DNA of 28,780 nucleotides. It comes from Ginkgo biloba (Eukaryota > Plantae > Ginkgophyta). The translations under genes and the position numbers were made by a program. The stretch is from the NCBI GenBank assembly GCA_024626585.2, contig JANKJI020000002.1, positions 120,371,696 to 120,400,475 of the forward strand, written 5' to 3'. Under the pieces are notes generated by a model. The model did no database searches. It had not been told where the DNA came from and was given only the letters and a program-made list of their open reading frames with translations. Below, one piece after another: positions 1 to 13,319 of the stretch (the first letter of the stretch is position 1; each line of letters opens with the position of its first letter).

Positions 1-1754
1 GCAGTCCAACACTATACCTGCACATCAAGCACCTGTTAAAGCATTGGTCCATGTTTAAGGTTTACGCTTAGCAGGCTCTAGGTGCTAGAATTTTAGTTAA
101 GAGATAGAGATATGTATTACAATTTTCGCTATTGTTAGCCATGGTAACCATCACCCTCAACCTCATGAGCAAGGTCACCAGCCAAACCTCTCAGCTCCAT
201 AAAGGACACTTATTAGCATCCGATGGTCTTTCACATTGAATTCCACCCTTTGTAACCTTCCTCCACCAATGGGAGGTAGCATCCAACAATGTCAATTCGT
301 GAGAGCAATACAGTTGGTTCATCAGCCACTTTGAATGCATGATGACAACAATTCCACAATAGAAAATGTTTCTATCACCCCTTTGTCAATGCTAGCCATG
401 GGTTCATGTTGGAATTTGCAACACTAACAATCCTCAAGTATATACATTGGACTTTTTAACACTGATTACCCTCTACTTCCAACATACCACTTCCTGTTGA
501 CAAGGCCATACATGGGCACAGGATTTCAACTGCCAACCCTTAAAGATCTTGGTCTAACCATCTGCATAAATATTGGCAACTGGCTAGCTTTACATAATTG
601 AATTTATTTATTTATATCAATTCATAAATGCACAATTACATTAAATTATTGATTCAACATATAAGATTCATAAAGGAGTATATACCCTAGTTCCCTCAGC
701 AACACTCCAATCCCTAATCCCCATTCCCCTCTAAACCCTGAAATAGGTTGGATTATGTTTTTAGGGCAGCTCAGTCAGAGTTTCAGCAATAAAATCAGCA
801 AGGTATAGTTGTGGGTTTCTGCATTTTGACTACATAACTACTACAATGCTATCTCTCAGTACAACAAAAGCAATACATGCCATTCACATATACAACACTC
901 GGCCCTATCTTGGGGCACATAAACTCTATAAAAATGATTTTCCTGCAAACACAGAATTCTGGAATTTTATTTCGGCGGTATGCATAAATGCACAAGAAAT
1001 TAGGGCAAAAGTATATACACAGCAAGAATAATGTGTTACCTCTATAAGGTATGTCAAAACCCCAATCTCAGGTTAGAGAAAGTGTCCCAAAACAGCCCTC
1101 AGGTCCCATGAAAGTTGGTGTTCCTAATTTCTACATGCACAATATGACTGGGCAGCAACTCTTCCAAAACTACATGGAGTATACTGAGTGTATATACTCT
1201 GATTTGGCACAGATGACTCCAACTAGTAGGGTGAATTTCAATCTGAGCTTAAAGAAAGGGTTTTCATAATGCCCAAATGATAGATACCAATTCACAGTTC
1301 ACTTTCAGTAGTATATTTGTTGTATGCGTTGAATCTGCTCTAACATTCTGTATAATTCAACTTCTGGCCACTTGTTAACCCAGCAATTTGCTTCAAATGC
1401 ACTATATACAGTCATAAAACCCTCTCAAATGTGGTGTCTGGGCTCCCTTCTACAATTCATTGCATATACACAATGTATATACCTCTGAGATTGGAATTCA
1501 ACCTTTGCACTTGCTGAAAATTCCTCTAGGCAACTTTTCTCTCTCTACTTGGGCATCTTTTTCTCTCTCCTTTTTCCTGCAAAAAAAGATCATAATGTCT
1601 AATGTGTTGAAGGTGCCTTTGAGGAGTTATTTATGTGCAAAATGTAGCCTTGACTTGTTGGCATCCAACTATCCCTTTGTTCAGGACAAACCGCCCTTCC
1701 TGTAGAGAAACATTTTGCTCTTTTTGGTGGTTGTTCTAGGTCCCCACCTCTACA

Positions 1755-2082
1755 TATATAGGCAATAATTGTTATGCACAGGTGATATTTGTGACTGAAT
1801 AGGGGGTAATTGTGAATGAGCAGCTGCCTTGGTAATCTATTCAGATTAATAGGCTTAGCTCATATGATTTCAAGGATTCATGGTCATTTAGAATTCACTA
1901 AAGCCCCCTTAGGGCTAGCGCACGCCACTTTCAGGCCCCTTAAGCCCTCAATGCCTTTGGATCTTAACTCACTAGCAGGACCAAACCAAGTCTTCAGTAT
2001 CCAAAGTCTTCCTTATGACCCTAAAAGCTTGTCATAGGCTCTTCCCCTAGCTTTTCACTATGATTCTTGTAGATCTTTCCCC
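1755..2082 (-). mobile_element. Polypurine tract and start of the 3' LTR of the same chromovirus
   Basis: On the minus strand, about 55 nt after the chromodomain, GGGGAAAGA (2082-2074) is followed by TC-TACAAG, a possibly mutated TGT LTR start, and then non-coding LTR-like sequence. The distal boundary is approximate. Confidence 0.45.
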
Positions 2083-2138
2083 ACACTTTGGGCAATGTTT
2101 ATCTTCAACAAAACTGCTTCTCTAATAAAAGTTGTCAA

Positions 2139-2249
2139 TTCCCATGTTGATTCCTTGAGTGGTTTATTGCACCATTCAACCAAATATTCTATTATCTCTT
2201 AGTTCAGAAGCTTTCTAGTATGATCTTCCAAGAGTCTTATTGGTTGTTC
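2139..2249 (-). pseudogene. Chromodomain at the integrase C-terminus of a Ty3/gypsy chromovirus (degenerate)
   Basis: Manual minus-strand translation gives EQPIRLLEDHTRKLLN*EIIEYLVEWCNKPLKESTWE. This matches the chromoviral pattern P..IL....RKLRN.EI.EYLV.W...P..E.TWE, with one internal stop. Confidence 0.8.
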
Positions 2250-3861
2250 AAATTATTGCTCAACTTTTTGAATATCTACGTATGCTGGCATGGTGTGACG
2301 TTGGAGCGACAATTGTTGAACAACAATTGAATATGCTACGAAAGGATGATAATTAAACTCCAAGGGTCACCCATAGATGTTCCACTACTATGTGAATGAT
2401 TTGTTTAGGTAATGGATGTTGAATCAGACCTAAAGATTATAAGAATTTGGTCTTAATCGAAGAAACTAATCAATATGAGTTGAAAAAGATCTCTCAAGTT
2501 GAGTTGCAAGGTGCATTGCACCTTTTGGGGGGTGCGTTGTGCATTTCCTTAACAACAACTGCAAGTTTTTCTATAAGTTATCTTTTTACGCTCTGTAAAG
2601 GAATATTCTAAAATTCTATTAGACGCACATGTCAAACTTCTAAACACAACCTCTTCAATCTGCGGACATAGGAATCTAAGCATGAATTTGGGATGCACAT
2701 TACTCTCCAAGTATCACCTACATCTTACACTCAATCCAATCGATCAATCACATCAAACTCAATTGCACATGAGAATCTGGAAAAACCAATTGATAATTTA
2801 GAACTCCTCCAATTATGAAATATGCAATTGGATCTAATACAATGCTCAATACATGGTTTTATTTGTCTTGTTATTCTATTAATATTGACATATTAATTAA
2901 GGAACCCTAAGAAAACCCTGACTAAATGGATGGTTATGAAAGGATCTGCACCTTCCAACCAATCATAAACTACATAATTATCTAATCTACTAACTAATGT
3001 AACTCACATAAATAATAATTATTAACTATAATGCGTCATATGGCCTTAGTTAAGTCATTAGTTTACAAAAATAAATGTGAGCACCAAAACTATTAATGTG
3101 GAGTGTAAAACATAGACAATAATTGATGCACGACACATCAGTTCCTCTCTACGTATGTTGTTATGGTCTCCATTGTGCTTGGTACTAAGTGTGGAAAAAG
3201 ACTCTCCAACTGCATCAAGGAATACCATTGCCTTTGGGTAGGAAGTTGACCCTTCTTGCCCACAAAATAGGAAGTAGTGGAGCAAGTGTGAATCTCCCTT
3301 ACCTTTGTGCCAAAAAGGATGTCTTGAGTTAGAGGTGGCTAAAAAAAATGGTATGAATCCCTCTGCATGCTCAACCTACTACTCAATAATAAGTGAATCA
3401 ACCTCATTCTCCAATGATGGAGGCTCGTATAACTTGAGGCTATCAACATTTAATACTAGATGGATGCTCAGGTGTGGTGGAAGATTTGGCTCAGGGGCAT
3501 CAGGTCCCATTGCTCAAACAATGGTATATAGTCCATAACGTATCAACTTTAACTTATGATGAAGTTGAGAGGAGAATCGTCGCTTATTCAAATGGATCCA
3601 TACTTTATCTCCCACTTGAAATTTATGTGCCATCCTATACTGATCATGGAATTCCTTTTGATTGGCATGAGTCTTCACAAGGATATATTAGATCTATCCA
3701 TGGAGTTGATGCAAGTGTTAATGGATGTTTGTGTGTGAACCTGCTCTAAGGACCCTCATCTAGTATGTGGTAATGAAAGTGGAAGCTTTTCCGTTAAAGG
3801 ACGGGCCAGAGCTACAAAGGCAAGTGAACAAGGTAGATCTCCAAGCTTGGAACCTGGGGCT

Positions 3862-4240
3862 ATGTTGTATTTCGACGGGGCGGCTAAGGGCAACCCTAGT
3901 AAGGCCAGAGCGGGTGGTTGGCTCTATAACAATGATAGAGACACTGTAACGATCTTCGCTCAAGGCTTTACCCATGAGACCAACGATTTCATTAAGTATG
4001 AGGCTTTGTTGAGGGGCCTTAAGGTGGCTTAGAGGGAGGGAATCCAAAGACTTAATATTAGGGGTGACTCCAAATTAGTCATCAACCAGGATTAAAATAA
4101 GTGGATTATTACTTCATGGCAGCTCAAGAACAAGTAGGATCGAGCTATAGCCCTTATTAATCGCTTTTCGGTGCAGACCTTAAGACACGTCCCTCAGACG
4201 CGTAATCAGTGGGTTGACATTATCGTAAATCTTGGGGCGA
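3862..4240 (+). pseudogene. Retroelement-borne RNase H (RNase HI-like), degenerate
   Basis: A single frame reads MLYFDGAAKGNPSKARAGGWL...TNDFIKYEALLRGLKVA*REGIQRLNIRGDSKLVINQD*NKW...RHVPQTRNQWVDIIVNLGA. All four acidic catalytic positions (FDG, YEAL, GDS, WVD) are present, with three in-frame stops. Confidence 0.85.
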
Positions 4241-4422
4241 TTAGTACTTCTCAGGATGCTATCTCCCATACGATGTCGACAACACTAATATTAAATTCAC
4301 GACATATGAACCTCTAGTTGAANNNNNNNNNNNNNNNNNNNNNNNNNNNNNNNNNNNNNNNNNNNNNNNNNNNNNNNNNNNNNNNNNNNNNNNNNNNNNN
4401 NNNNNNNNNNNNNNNNNNNNNN

Positions 4423-5515
4423 GGTAACCCTCTTCTTAATCCTTCGAGGGATAAACATCTGATTCATGAAGGAAGTAAAGTGTCTCAGTTTGTTTCCTTC
4501 ACTGAAAGAGGAGGAGGCTAGATTCATTTTAATTTCCCCCATCTCTCTGCTTCAGAAGAAGTTGCTCAGACCCTTCTAAACAACTGCCAAAGAGTATTTC
4601 CTATTAATCCTAAAGGAAAGGATTGCTTAGTCTAAGGAAAGGCTAATAGAGGATCCTATTCAGTTAGGTCAGCATTTAATCTTCTGAGTAAAGATGGCCT
4701 GAAGTGGAATCTTGCTTTAAATATCTAGATTAAGAGTTTAATCCCCAAAGTGGCAATTTTTTCTTGGTTGGTAGCTTAAAATAAAATTCTGGCAGTGGAT
4801 AATCTAACTAAGAGAGGCTTTTCTCTGGTCAACAGGTGTGCACTATGTGAAGAGAATCTAGAATCTATGGACTATCTCTTTGTTAGTTGCCCCTTCTCCA
4901 GATTTGTGTTAACAATTTTTTTTTCTTTATTTGGGGTGGCCTGGGTCATTCCTGTAAGCCTAGTGGAAGCTCTCCTACAATGGACCTCCCCTTTTACTTT
5001 CAAAATGGTCTCCTACCTCTAGAAGCTTAGATTCCACCATTTTTTGTGGCAAATTTGGAAGGAGAGAAATAGTAGAATTTTTAAAGAAGTCAAAAGGGAC
5101 GTGGTGACCTTAAACTCAATTCTGAAGAGTCTGATTGTGGAAAATTAGAAGATAGTGGAATTTTTTAAGTCCTATCTCCCTAAATTAGAAAAATACCTTC
5201 TAAGAATTTGGAACCTTCCAATACTATAGCAAGTCCCGAGTGAAAGGTCTGAGAGATCCAAAATTATTTGGAGTTGTCCCCCTTTGGGGTGGGTAAAGTG
5301 TAATTTTTATGGTGTTGCCAAAGCAAACCCAGGCCTAACTGGTGCTGGAGACCTCTACAAAAACTTAGAGGGGTGTATTCTGGGGGCCTTTACAAAGCCT
5401 CTTGAAAATTAGACTAATCATTTTGCTAAGGCTAGAGCTTTCCTCCAGTCTGTTAAATTGGTGGTCTCCTTGGGTCCCCAAAAAGTCATTTTAGAAGGAG
5501 ATTCGAGGAATATAA
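4423..5515 (+). mobile_element. 3' part of a plant L1 LINE ORF2 (zf-RVT plus RNase H), degenerate
   Basis: Motifs in order: YSVRSAF, IPKVAIFSWLVA*NKILAVDNLTKRG...RCALCEENLESMDYLFVSCPFS, LWQIWKERNSRIF, WSCPPLGWVKCNFYGVAKANPGLTGAG, KVILEGDS. Many stops are present. Confidence 0.9.
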
Positions 5516-6814
5516 TGAGAGTATCTAAGGATTCTTATATGTCCTAAAGGATATATATATAACTCCACATAAAGCATCATCAATTCAAAGTATAATCCCA
5601 TGTTCGTTAGTGTTTCTAATCTTCTTGTTAGGAGTAGCTCCATCTATAGTTCTAGAAGGGCATGATGGATCACTTTCACTTACAACAATAAAGTTCTGAG
5701 TATTAGAGCTTGATAGAGATAGTCATCTATTGAAATAGAGTTCCCTAACACCAAGACATTTTTTATCTAGTCTAGATACCTTTCCTTATCTCATTAATCA
5801 TTTCATAATTTTACCTAAGTATCAAACCTATCTTCATTATGCTTAATCTTTAAGGCAACACATAAATGATTTTAAAACTAATTAAGTTGTTAGTGTAGTT
5901 GTACACTTAGGAGAAAAAAAGATATTTACATTTATTCAATGTTCATAACAAATAAAGAGTTCCCTTCATAGAGTATGCCAAATTACATAGAGGTTATATT
6001 TTACTGAACTCTAAGGAGGTTTGTTTGTTAGAGTAATGAGAGATTTAGCTCTAGTTTGGTTTCACTATGAGTGTTTTCTAGAGGACTTAAGCTAGGATGC
6101 TTTCCCAAAAGGCACGGGTCATTGCGTTATATTTTGAGTATCTAAGGTTCTCCTGATGATTCTAAGGCTTTCCTTTGACTTTTGACCAAACATCTGGTAG
6201 ATCTCTATGATGTAACACTTAGCCAGGCCCCAAAAAGACCAAAGGTCACGAACACTAGGATAGCAGCAATGTGAAAGAATCAATGCAGCAAATGAAAATC
6301 AAGGGTTCATGTTTACAAATACCAAAATATTATATTAATTCAGAAGAAGTCATTACATTAGAATATAAAGAGGAGTATGAGCATCCTTGAATGACAAACC
6401 TTTTACAAGAGAGACTTTAGAAAGGCCTTTATTCTACTTCTTCCCTTTCACGACAATCATTGCATTGAGCTCTCACTACTATTATTCCGTTAGAATGGGT
6501 TCAATAAATAACCAATGCTTAGTCAAAAGCATGAATCTTTGGTTAACTAGGATCTCAATAATCCTTAATCTTCTTTGATTCCTTTTCCTCTTTAGATCCC
6601 AAGGAGTTAAAAAAGATGCCTTGAGTTCAGTTCAATAAATACAAGGGCAATTAGAAGGAACATGAAATCCTTATCAATACTTCTTTCACAAGTTCAGGAA
6701 ATGAGTGGCAAGGAAGTAGACACCATTAATTCTTAGGAAAAATGGTAAACAATACCAAAAGCCAAAGTAGAGTTGACTAATAAGGAGGCACCTACAAATG
6801 ACTTAGAATAGAGG

Positions 6815-7183
6815 ATGAATATATTCATAAATAAATGTACATTGGGAGGAAAATGTTGGGATGCAATTATTGATGGGGGTAGCTATGGAAATATGGTATC
6901 ATAAGAGATGGTCCAAAAGTTGATATTATATAGGCAATAACATGAAGTACCATATAGACTTAGCTAGTTCAAGAAGGGAAGAGAATTAATCATCATGGAA
7001 AGATGCTTGATAGATTTTCATATTGGAGACTATCATGACCATGTATGGTATGGCATTATTTCTATGGTTGCATTTCACATGTTGTTGGGATGCCCATAGA
7101 AGTTTTACCAATAATAAATGCATGATGGAAGAAGAAACACCTATACTTTTGATAAGGATAGGAACAAATTTACTTTATGTCCA
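6815..7183 (+). mobile_element. Ty3/gypsy (CRM-like) aspartic protease remnant
   Basis: The frame reads MNIFINKCTLGGKCWDAIIDGGSYGNMVS*EMVQKL...HEVPYRLS*...CLIDFHIGDYHDHVW...MVAFHMLLGCP*...HDGRRNTYTFDKD. This matches the IIDSGS / HP.PY.L.W / LLGRPW / HDG..NTY motifs of CRM-type gag-pol. Confidence 0.85.
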
Positions 7184-8319
7184 ATAATCGAGGAATCACC
7201 ACAAATGATATTATAAGGAAAATAATTCATGAGGAACATGCGAGTCACTAGCGCCTACTCTACTTAATAACAAAGAAGGAAAAAGGGATGTAAAAGGGAG
7301 TACATGTAGGAGGACTTGCAACATTTTATAAGAAGGGGAGGATGATGTAGGAGTATCCCTATAGCATGACCTAGAAGAGATAATTTATGAATTATAGAAG
7401 AACTAATATAACAAAAATAATTTTAAAGAATTGATAAGGATTTTAAAATGGGATTCATCGAGAGACAATGGTAGAGNNNNNNNNNNNNNNNNNNNNNNNN
7501 NNNNNNNNNNNNNNNNNNNNNNNNNNNNNNNNNNNNNNNNNNNNNNNNNNNNNNNNNNNNNNNNNNNNNNNNNNNNCTCCACATCTCATGTAAGCATTAT
7601 GTTTTTGGGTATTGCCACTTTAAATGATGAGATAGGTTCTACATGTTCCAACAAGTCATATGACACCAGAACTTAGATACATCTCTCTCTATTATAATCT
7701 ATCAACCAATCAAATCAACTTTATCCTGAAATTCATTAGAGTGTATGGTGAATTTATAGGACATCAAACAACATTATTTGACGAAGACAAGGGTCTAGAA
7801 GCATAACCCATCTCAATAGCAACAAAAGTGGTCATAAGCCTATATAAAGGCAAGAGCAAGCCCTAACAAGGGCTAAGATAGTAAAAAAGGTTACAAACAA
7901 ACTTACTACGTAGATAAAAGCCTAGCAGGCCCACCAAAAGGCTTAAGGCTCAATCCTTAGGAGCCTACACGAATTTCTAAGAGCTAGAAACAACTTTTAG
8001 GCATCTAAGGTTAATAGACCCACATCTTGGTTGAGAAAGACGATCCAAATGGACCAAGAGAAGTATAAATAGGGCTAGAGACCTTTATTTTCATGATCAA
8101 TCTAACAATAATGATTTCTACAGTGCCCTTCTTCCCTAATCATTATTATAAATGCAACCTTGAGGGAGAACATATACAATGAGTTGCAAGAAGAGATAAA
8201 TTTCAACCTTAAGAAGTAATCTAAGAATCTTAGAAGGGTTGCAAACTTTGTTATAGTAATCACAGGTGACTTGTTGAAGCAAAGTTGAAGATACTTCAAA
8301 AAATTTCACCCAAACACAA

Positions 8320-8430
8320 TCAAGTGTCCTCAATGCTTAAGAGTCTCGAGAATGCTGTTGATACTAATATGGATATAAAAATGGAATGGCAGGTAAAGAG
8401 GATTAAATTGCCAACATGTTGTCTAGGTAT
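8320..8430 (+). mobile_element. Possible Ty3/gypsy RNase H C-terminal remnant
   Basis: ...MAGKED*IANMLSR resembles the conserved G.EN..AD.LSR motif. The match is short and degenerate. Confidence 0.35.
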
Positions 8431-9218
8431 ACTTAGACTTGTCATTACTTGACTTTAACAATTGTATTAATGGTATCAATTCACAACATAAATGGACATG
8501 TTAGAAATCTATATGTGGGAACGGTAGGACAATGTCAAAGTCTTTAAGGCACCTCATATAAGTCATAAAATTTGATTGGTTTTGATCAAGGACTCCTATC
8601 TGTAAAATAGAAAATTTTTAAAGACCAAAGGAAAATAGTAGCTTTGAACTCTAATAAAATAAGGTTTAGATGGGTGGTCTTTTCACATGGTGGGAAGCCT
8701 TATGAAGTAGGACTCATCAGTGTGTTCTTTCAGTTTCCTTACAAAGTGGAACTCATATGCTCGGTCATTTGCGTTCTTCATAATCAACTAGTACAATCAA
8801 CTTACATCTAGCTNNNNNNNNNNNNNNNNNNNNNNNNNNNNNNNNTGTGATTGAAGAAAAGATGTTAAGGTTGTCCAAGATAACATAGGTGGTCAATGCA
8901 AGCACATATTCTGATTTCATGATAAGGTACAAAAATCAAGCTAATCGGGAAAAGGCCTAGTGGATTAGGTCCACATAAGCATTTTTCATGGATGGGGGCT
9001 TACGCTACATTTGGAAAGACTATGAACAATTTTAATGGACTAAAACATTGGATATCCAACAAACTCCAACCTTTTCTACTCCATACCTTCTCAGAATCAA
9101 ATAATGACAATAGGTGNNNNNNNNNNNNNNNNNNNNNNNNNNNNNNNNNNNNNNNNNNNNNNNNNNNNNNNNNNNNNNNNNNNNNNNNNNNNNNNNNNNN
9201 NNNNNNNNNNNNNNNNGA

Positions 9219-9230
9219 TGGTATCAGAGC
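9219..9230 (+). promoter_or_regulatory. LTR-retrotransposon primer-binding site (tRNA-iMet)
   Basis: Exact TGGTATCAGAGC lies 2 nt after an N gap. It is complementary to the 3' end of plant initiator tRNA-Met. Confidence 0.85.
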
Positions 9231-9320
9231 CTTTGAAAGTCCGCAAGGGACTGTGAGGGCGACGGCAATGCTAGAGGTTGACGAGACCATGTAGTTGGTG
9301 AGCCCACAAAGGAGAGTCGA

Positions 9321-9874
9321 GCAAGCTCCAGCAAAGGCAGAATAGATGAAGCAACAAAGAGTGATGTCAAAGCATGCATTCCATTTTGCATCCAAGATGA
9401 ACTAAGACAAGGGTGGTCTGTTAAAAGAACGAAGGAAGACGAAGACCACACTGAAGGATTGAGACGGAGAATGCACAGAGCGAAACCACATCGAGGTTGG
9501 GAGAGCGTCAGAGTGAGGCGAAGCACCGAAATAGGAGGAATCGTTGCAGCAACAGAGATTGTCGTTACCCTGAAGCAAGTTGCAGGTGGCAATTCTTCCT
9601 TTGTTAAGCAGGCTCCAACAAAGGCAAAATAGATGAAGCGGCGAAGAGTGATGTGAAGGCACGCATTCCATTTTGTGTCCAAGCTGAACTAAGATAGGGG
9701 TGGTCTGTTGAAAGAATGAAGGAAGACGGAGACCACACCGAAGGATTGAGACAGAGAGTGCATAGAGCGAAACCATGCCGAGGTTGGGAGAGCATCAGAG
9801 TGAGGCGAAGTGCCGAAATAGGAGGAATCACCGCAACAATAGAGATTGTTGATGCCTTGAAGCAAGTTGCAGGC
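9321..9874 (+). repeat. Direct tandem duplication, 287-bp period, about 2 copies
   Basis: GCAAGCTCCAGCAAAGGC at 9321 matches GCAGGCTCCAACAAAGGC at 9608. GAAGCAAGTTGCAGG occurs at 9572 and 9859. The offset is a constant 287 and the differences are mostly transitions. Confidence 0.95.
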
Positions 9875-11159
9875 AGTAGTTGAGGGTTAAGATGGAGATA
9901 AAGAAGGCATAGACTAGGTCATCAAGTGAATGAGACAGATTGCAAAGACGCAACAGAGACATCAAGAAGTAGAGCAATCGCAAACGAATAGAAGACAAGT
10001 CGGAGACGTAGCAAAGAAAAATTTCAAGTTGCGGGAGAACATAGGGCATAAAAAAAATTCTCAGGTTTCATTTGATTTAATCAGATTTGAAGTTCTCTTG
10101 AAGACAACCCTCATTATCAATGTTTAGGTCGTCCTCTCCCTGTTGAGTAAAACTCAAATAGNNNNNNNNNNNTCTATCAATTCATATTTCAAAGTGACCA
10201 ATAGCCCAGTTGGTTATGTCATTTGGTTATTAAACAGGAGGTCAGGGTTCAAAACCCACAAAGTGTGTTTTTCTAAAGAATTTTGTTAAAGGTGTTAGTG
10301 GTAGGTCACATGGACAACCAAGAGCTAAAGGAGTATAGAGAAGTTGAATTTTTGGTGTTTAGAAAAGGACTGGAAAAGCCATCAAACGAACTCTGTTTTT
10401 GACGAACTTTCAAGCACAGATTCATTTTGCAGTAGAAAATTAGGGGGAGCAGATAGAATTTAAAAATTTATCTATCAAGTACTTCATTTTTAATCATTTT
10501 AGAAGCAATTTGTCAAAATGGCAAGCGTGTCAAATGCCTTGTTACCNNNNNNNNNNNNNNNNNNNNNNNNNNNNNNNNNNNNNNNNNNNNNNNNNNNNNN
10601 NNNNNNNNNNNNNNNNNNNNNNNNNNNNNNNNNNNNNNNNNNNNNNCCCATTGCTCAAGAAAGATGAGCCAGTTGATGAAAACCCTCCTATAGAAGTAGG
10701 GGAAGATAGCAGTGATGGTCGGACCGAGGTCTTTAATAAAAAATCTATCAAACAAACTAGCAGAGAGTCTGTGGTGTCTAAAACTAACTATGAAACAAAC
10801 CTCTAAAGTGACTTTGTCCAAGTAAAATGTGCCACAAACTAAGTTGTCTTCAAGCCAACTAGTAGGAGCAAAACTATTGCTAATAAAGGTCAAACTCTAG
10901 TTAACTAAGAGAAAGAACCTCCCAACCCAAAAACTCTTCTTTTACCAAGTCCTTTCACCAAAATGTTTGAGTTTAATTCAAAGGATCTTGTAGAAGTGCA
11001 AGCAAAGCCCAATAAAGGGAGCAAAAGATCTTATGTTGGCACTTAAGATAATATTCTAAGTACTAGCCTCAAAATCAGTAGGCCCTCTGCCCTTGATGTT
11101 TTGAGCAACCTCACTATTGAGGATGAGATAATTGTTAACCCCAACTCCACTAATAATTA

Positions 11160-12150
11160 AAGTTCATAGTTAGAATGTAAGAGGTCTTACTAATCCTTGC
11201 AGAAGCAACACTGTGAGGAGGGTGAGCAGTGAGAGTCTTTATACTTTGTCTATTGCAAGTTAACTACGTAGGCTTCAAACTCAAATCTTCCCTTAATTAG
11301 GTTTGGCCTAATTGTTTTGTGTTAAATACCAACATAAGGAAAGCAAAGGGGAAGTTGCAACCTACATCTCTCTTAAGCTAACCAATTCCATATCTCATTA
11401 AGAGACGTATCCCAATCAGAGAGTTGACTAATGTAAGTTTAAAATTGATAACCATTTTTTTTGTATTGTTAATGTTTATGCACCCAATTTCCCCAAAGAA
11501 AGAGTCATTTTGTGGGATTGGCTTGCCTCTTCACTCCTTGAACCTACATGGCTTTGTTGTGAAGACTTCAACATGATTGACAATCCAGAGGACAAATTAC
11601 GAGGCATTCCTTTTGAAGTTTTGATTGACATAACCCTAAAAGGCTCTCTTAGTTTAATATGGTAAATAAATTAGCCTTAGTTGAACCCAACAAAAGTAGA
11701 AGAGGGGTTTCCCATGAGATCTGGTTTACATGGTCCATTTTACATTATGGATGGATAAAGAGCTTAAGAGACTCGATAGAGCTCTAATGTCCCCTAGAGA
11801 CTTTAGAGTCCATTGTGAAAAAGGATTGCTAACCAAGGTGTTGGGGAATACTTCTTTATGATCATCACCCAATTACCTTCATGGATCATTTGGGGAAGTG
11901 AATTTGTCAAACTTCCTAGAACTATATTCAAGCTTAATATTTTGTATCTCTAATCATAGGATGTCATATTGAGTGTGAAGCCATATGGTATATATCTTGT
12001 TTTCCTTTGGTGATTTAGGATGGATCTCTTTCCATTACCAAGGTTATTCTTAGGGGTTATGGTAAGCATATAGACACAATTAAAAGAATTATTAATAAGA
12101 AAGCCTTAATTTATTTTGCCAAAGTTGAGCTAGACCTTCAAAGAAATCCT
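11160..12150 (+). mobile_element. L1 LINE ORF2 AP-endonuclease region, degenerate
   Basis: Motifs: *NVRGL (11171), IVNVYAPNFPKERVILWDWL, CEDFNMI, WFTWS, KRLDRAL, DHHPI, FKLN. Confidence 0.9.
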
Positions 12151-13319
12151 AATGTAAGACTTAGAATATGTATATCAAAAGTAAATTAGAATCAACAATA
12201 ATCGCATTCATAGGCAGAAGTCATATACTAAAGATTGCCTATATTAATAAAAGGAAAAGAATTACTTTGCTAAGATTTACAACAATCTTAATCAATGGAA
12301 TCAAAGTCCATGAATTATAGAGATTCATATCCCCTAAAATAGGATAGAAAATCAAAGTGTATAGAATAGTTTCCTTAGATGAGGGTTAGGTTATAATATG
12401 CAAATGGAATTGTGATCTTTTTCTTGGAAAAGAAAGAAGGAGTACTCACAAATATCTAAGAATTGAACTCTAGTAACAAACTACTAAACTATTGAATAAT
12501 AAATTAATAACCTTTCAACTCATGAACCCTTCCTTTTGATCTCTCAAGATATTTTATCATATTTGCACATTATAACTATCAAGGTAGTTACAAAATTATT
12601 CACTTCAACTATTGAGATAAAGTTGGATGATGTGGATGCTTTCCATGTAGTATGAATGATGATATAGCAACTCATATGGCATGTTGGAGGCTCAAAGTCA
12701 CCATATCACATTCTATAGTATATTACACTTTTTCATAGGATTTTTCTATTTTATAGAGTGTTGCACTTAGCATTATGTCTCAACATTTTGCATATTCTCA
12801 AGACTTTTGTCACTTTGATAAACTTAGGCAATCATGTGCCTTAACTTGCATCGATGAATCCTAATTATTGATCTTGTTATAACCCTTTGTTATATCATAG
12901 ACCTTCATGATGTTACAACAGTTTGTAATCATGTATTATCTTACACCTTTNNNNNNNNNNNNNNNNNNNNNNNNNNNNNNNNNNNNNNNNNNNNNNNNNN
13001 NNNNNNNNNNNNNNNNNNNNNNNNNNNNNNNNNNNNNNNNNNNNNNNNNNGAATTAGTCAAGCTCCATAGAACTAGATGCAAGCTCACATCTACAATGAA
13101 ACCTTTTCATAACAAGTGTGAAAACCATCTAGTAGCTATCCCCTCCTCCTTTGGGTGAATGAGGATGGATTGTCTAGTGGAAAGAAGCCATTAGTAGAGT
13201 TATAACTACCAAAGCTAAGTTGAATCTTGAAAGCAACCCTTTTTGCCCTAACTTGCAAAAGTTTGTTGCATAGTGTAGATATATTTCTAGGGCGAGTGAA
13301 GTTAGAAAGAGCAAAGGAG

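Noticed and set aside
2508-2524. Palindrome AAGGTGCA-T-TGCACCTT
   Set aside because: Arms of 8 bp are plausible by chance in 29 kb, and there is no supporting context.
8846-9116. Possible LINE ORF1 (DUF4283-like) remnant, FMIRYKNQANREKA
   Set aside because: Too short and degenerate to support.
9224-9831. Overlapping minus-strand ORFs, and the repeats as a possible CRISPR-like array
   Set aside because: The ORFs are by-products of the 287-bp duplication. There is no short repeat/unique spacer structure and no cas gene, and the DNA is eukaryotic.
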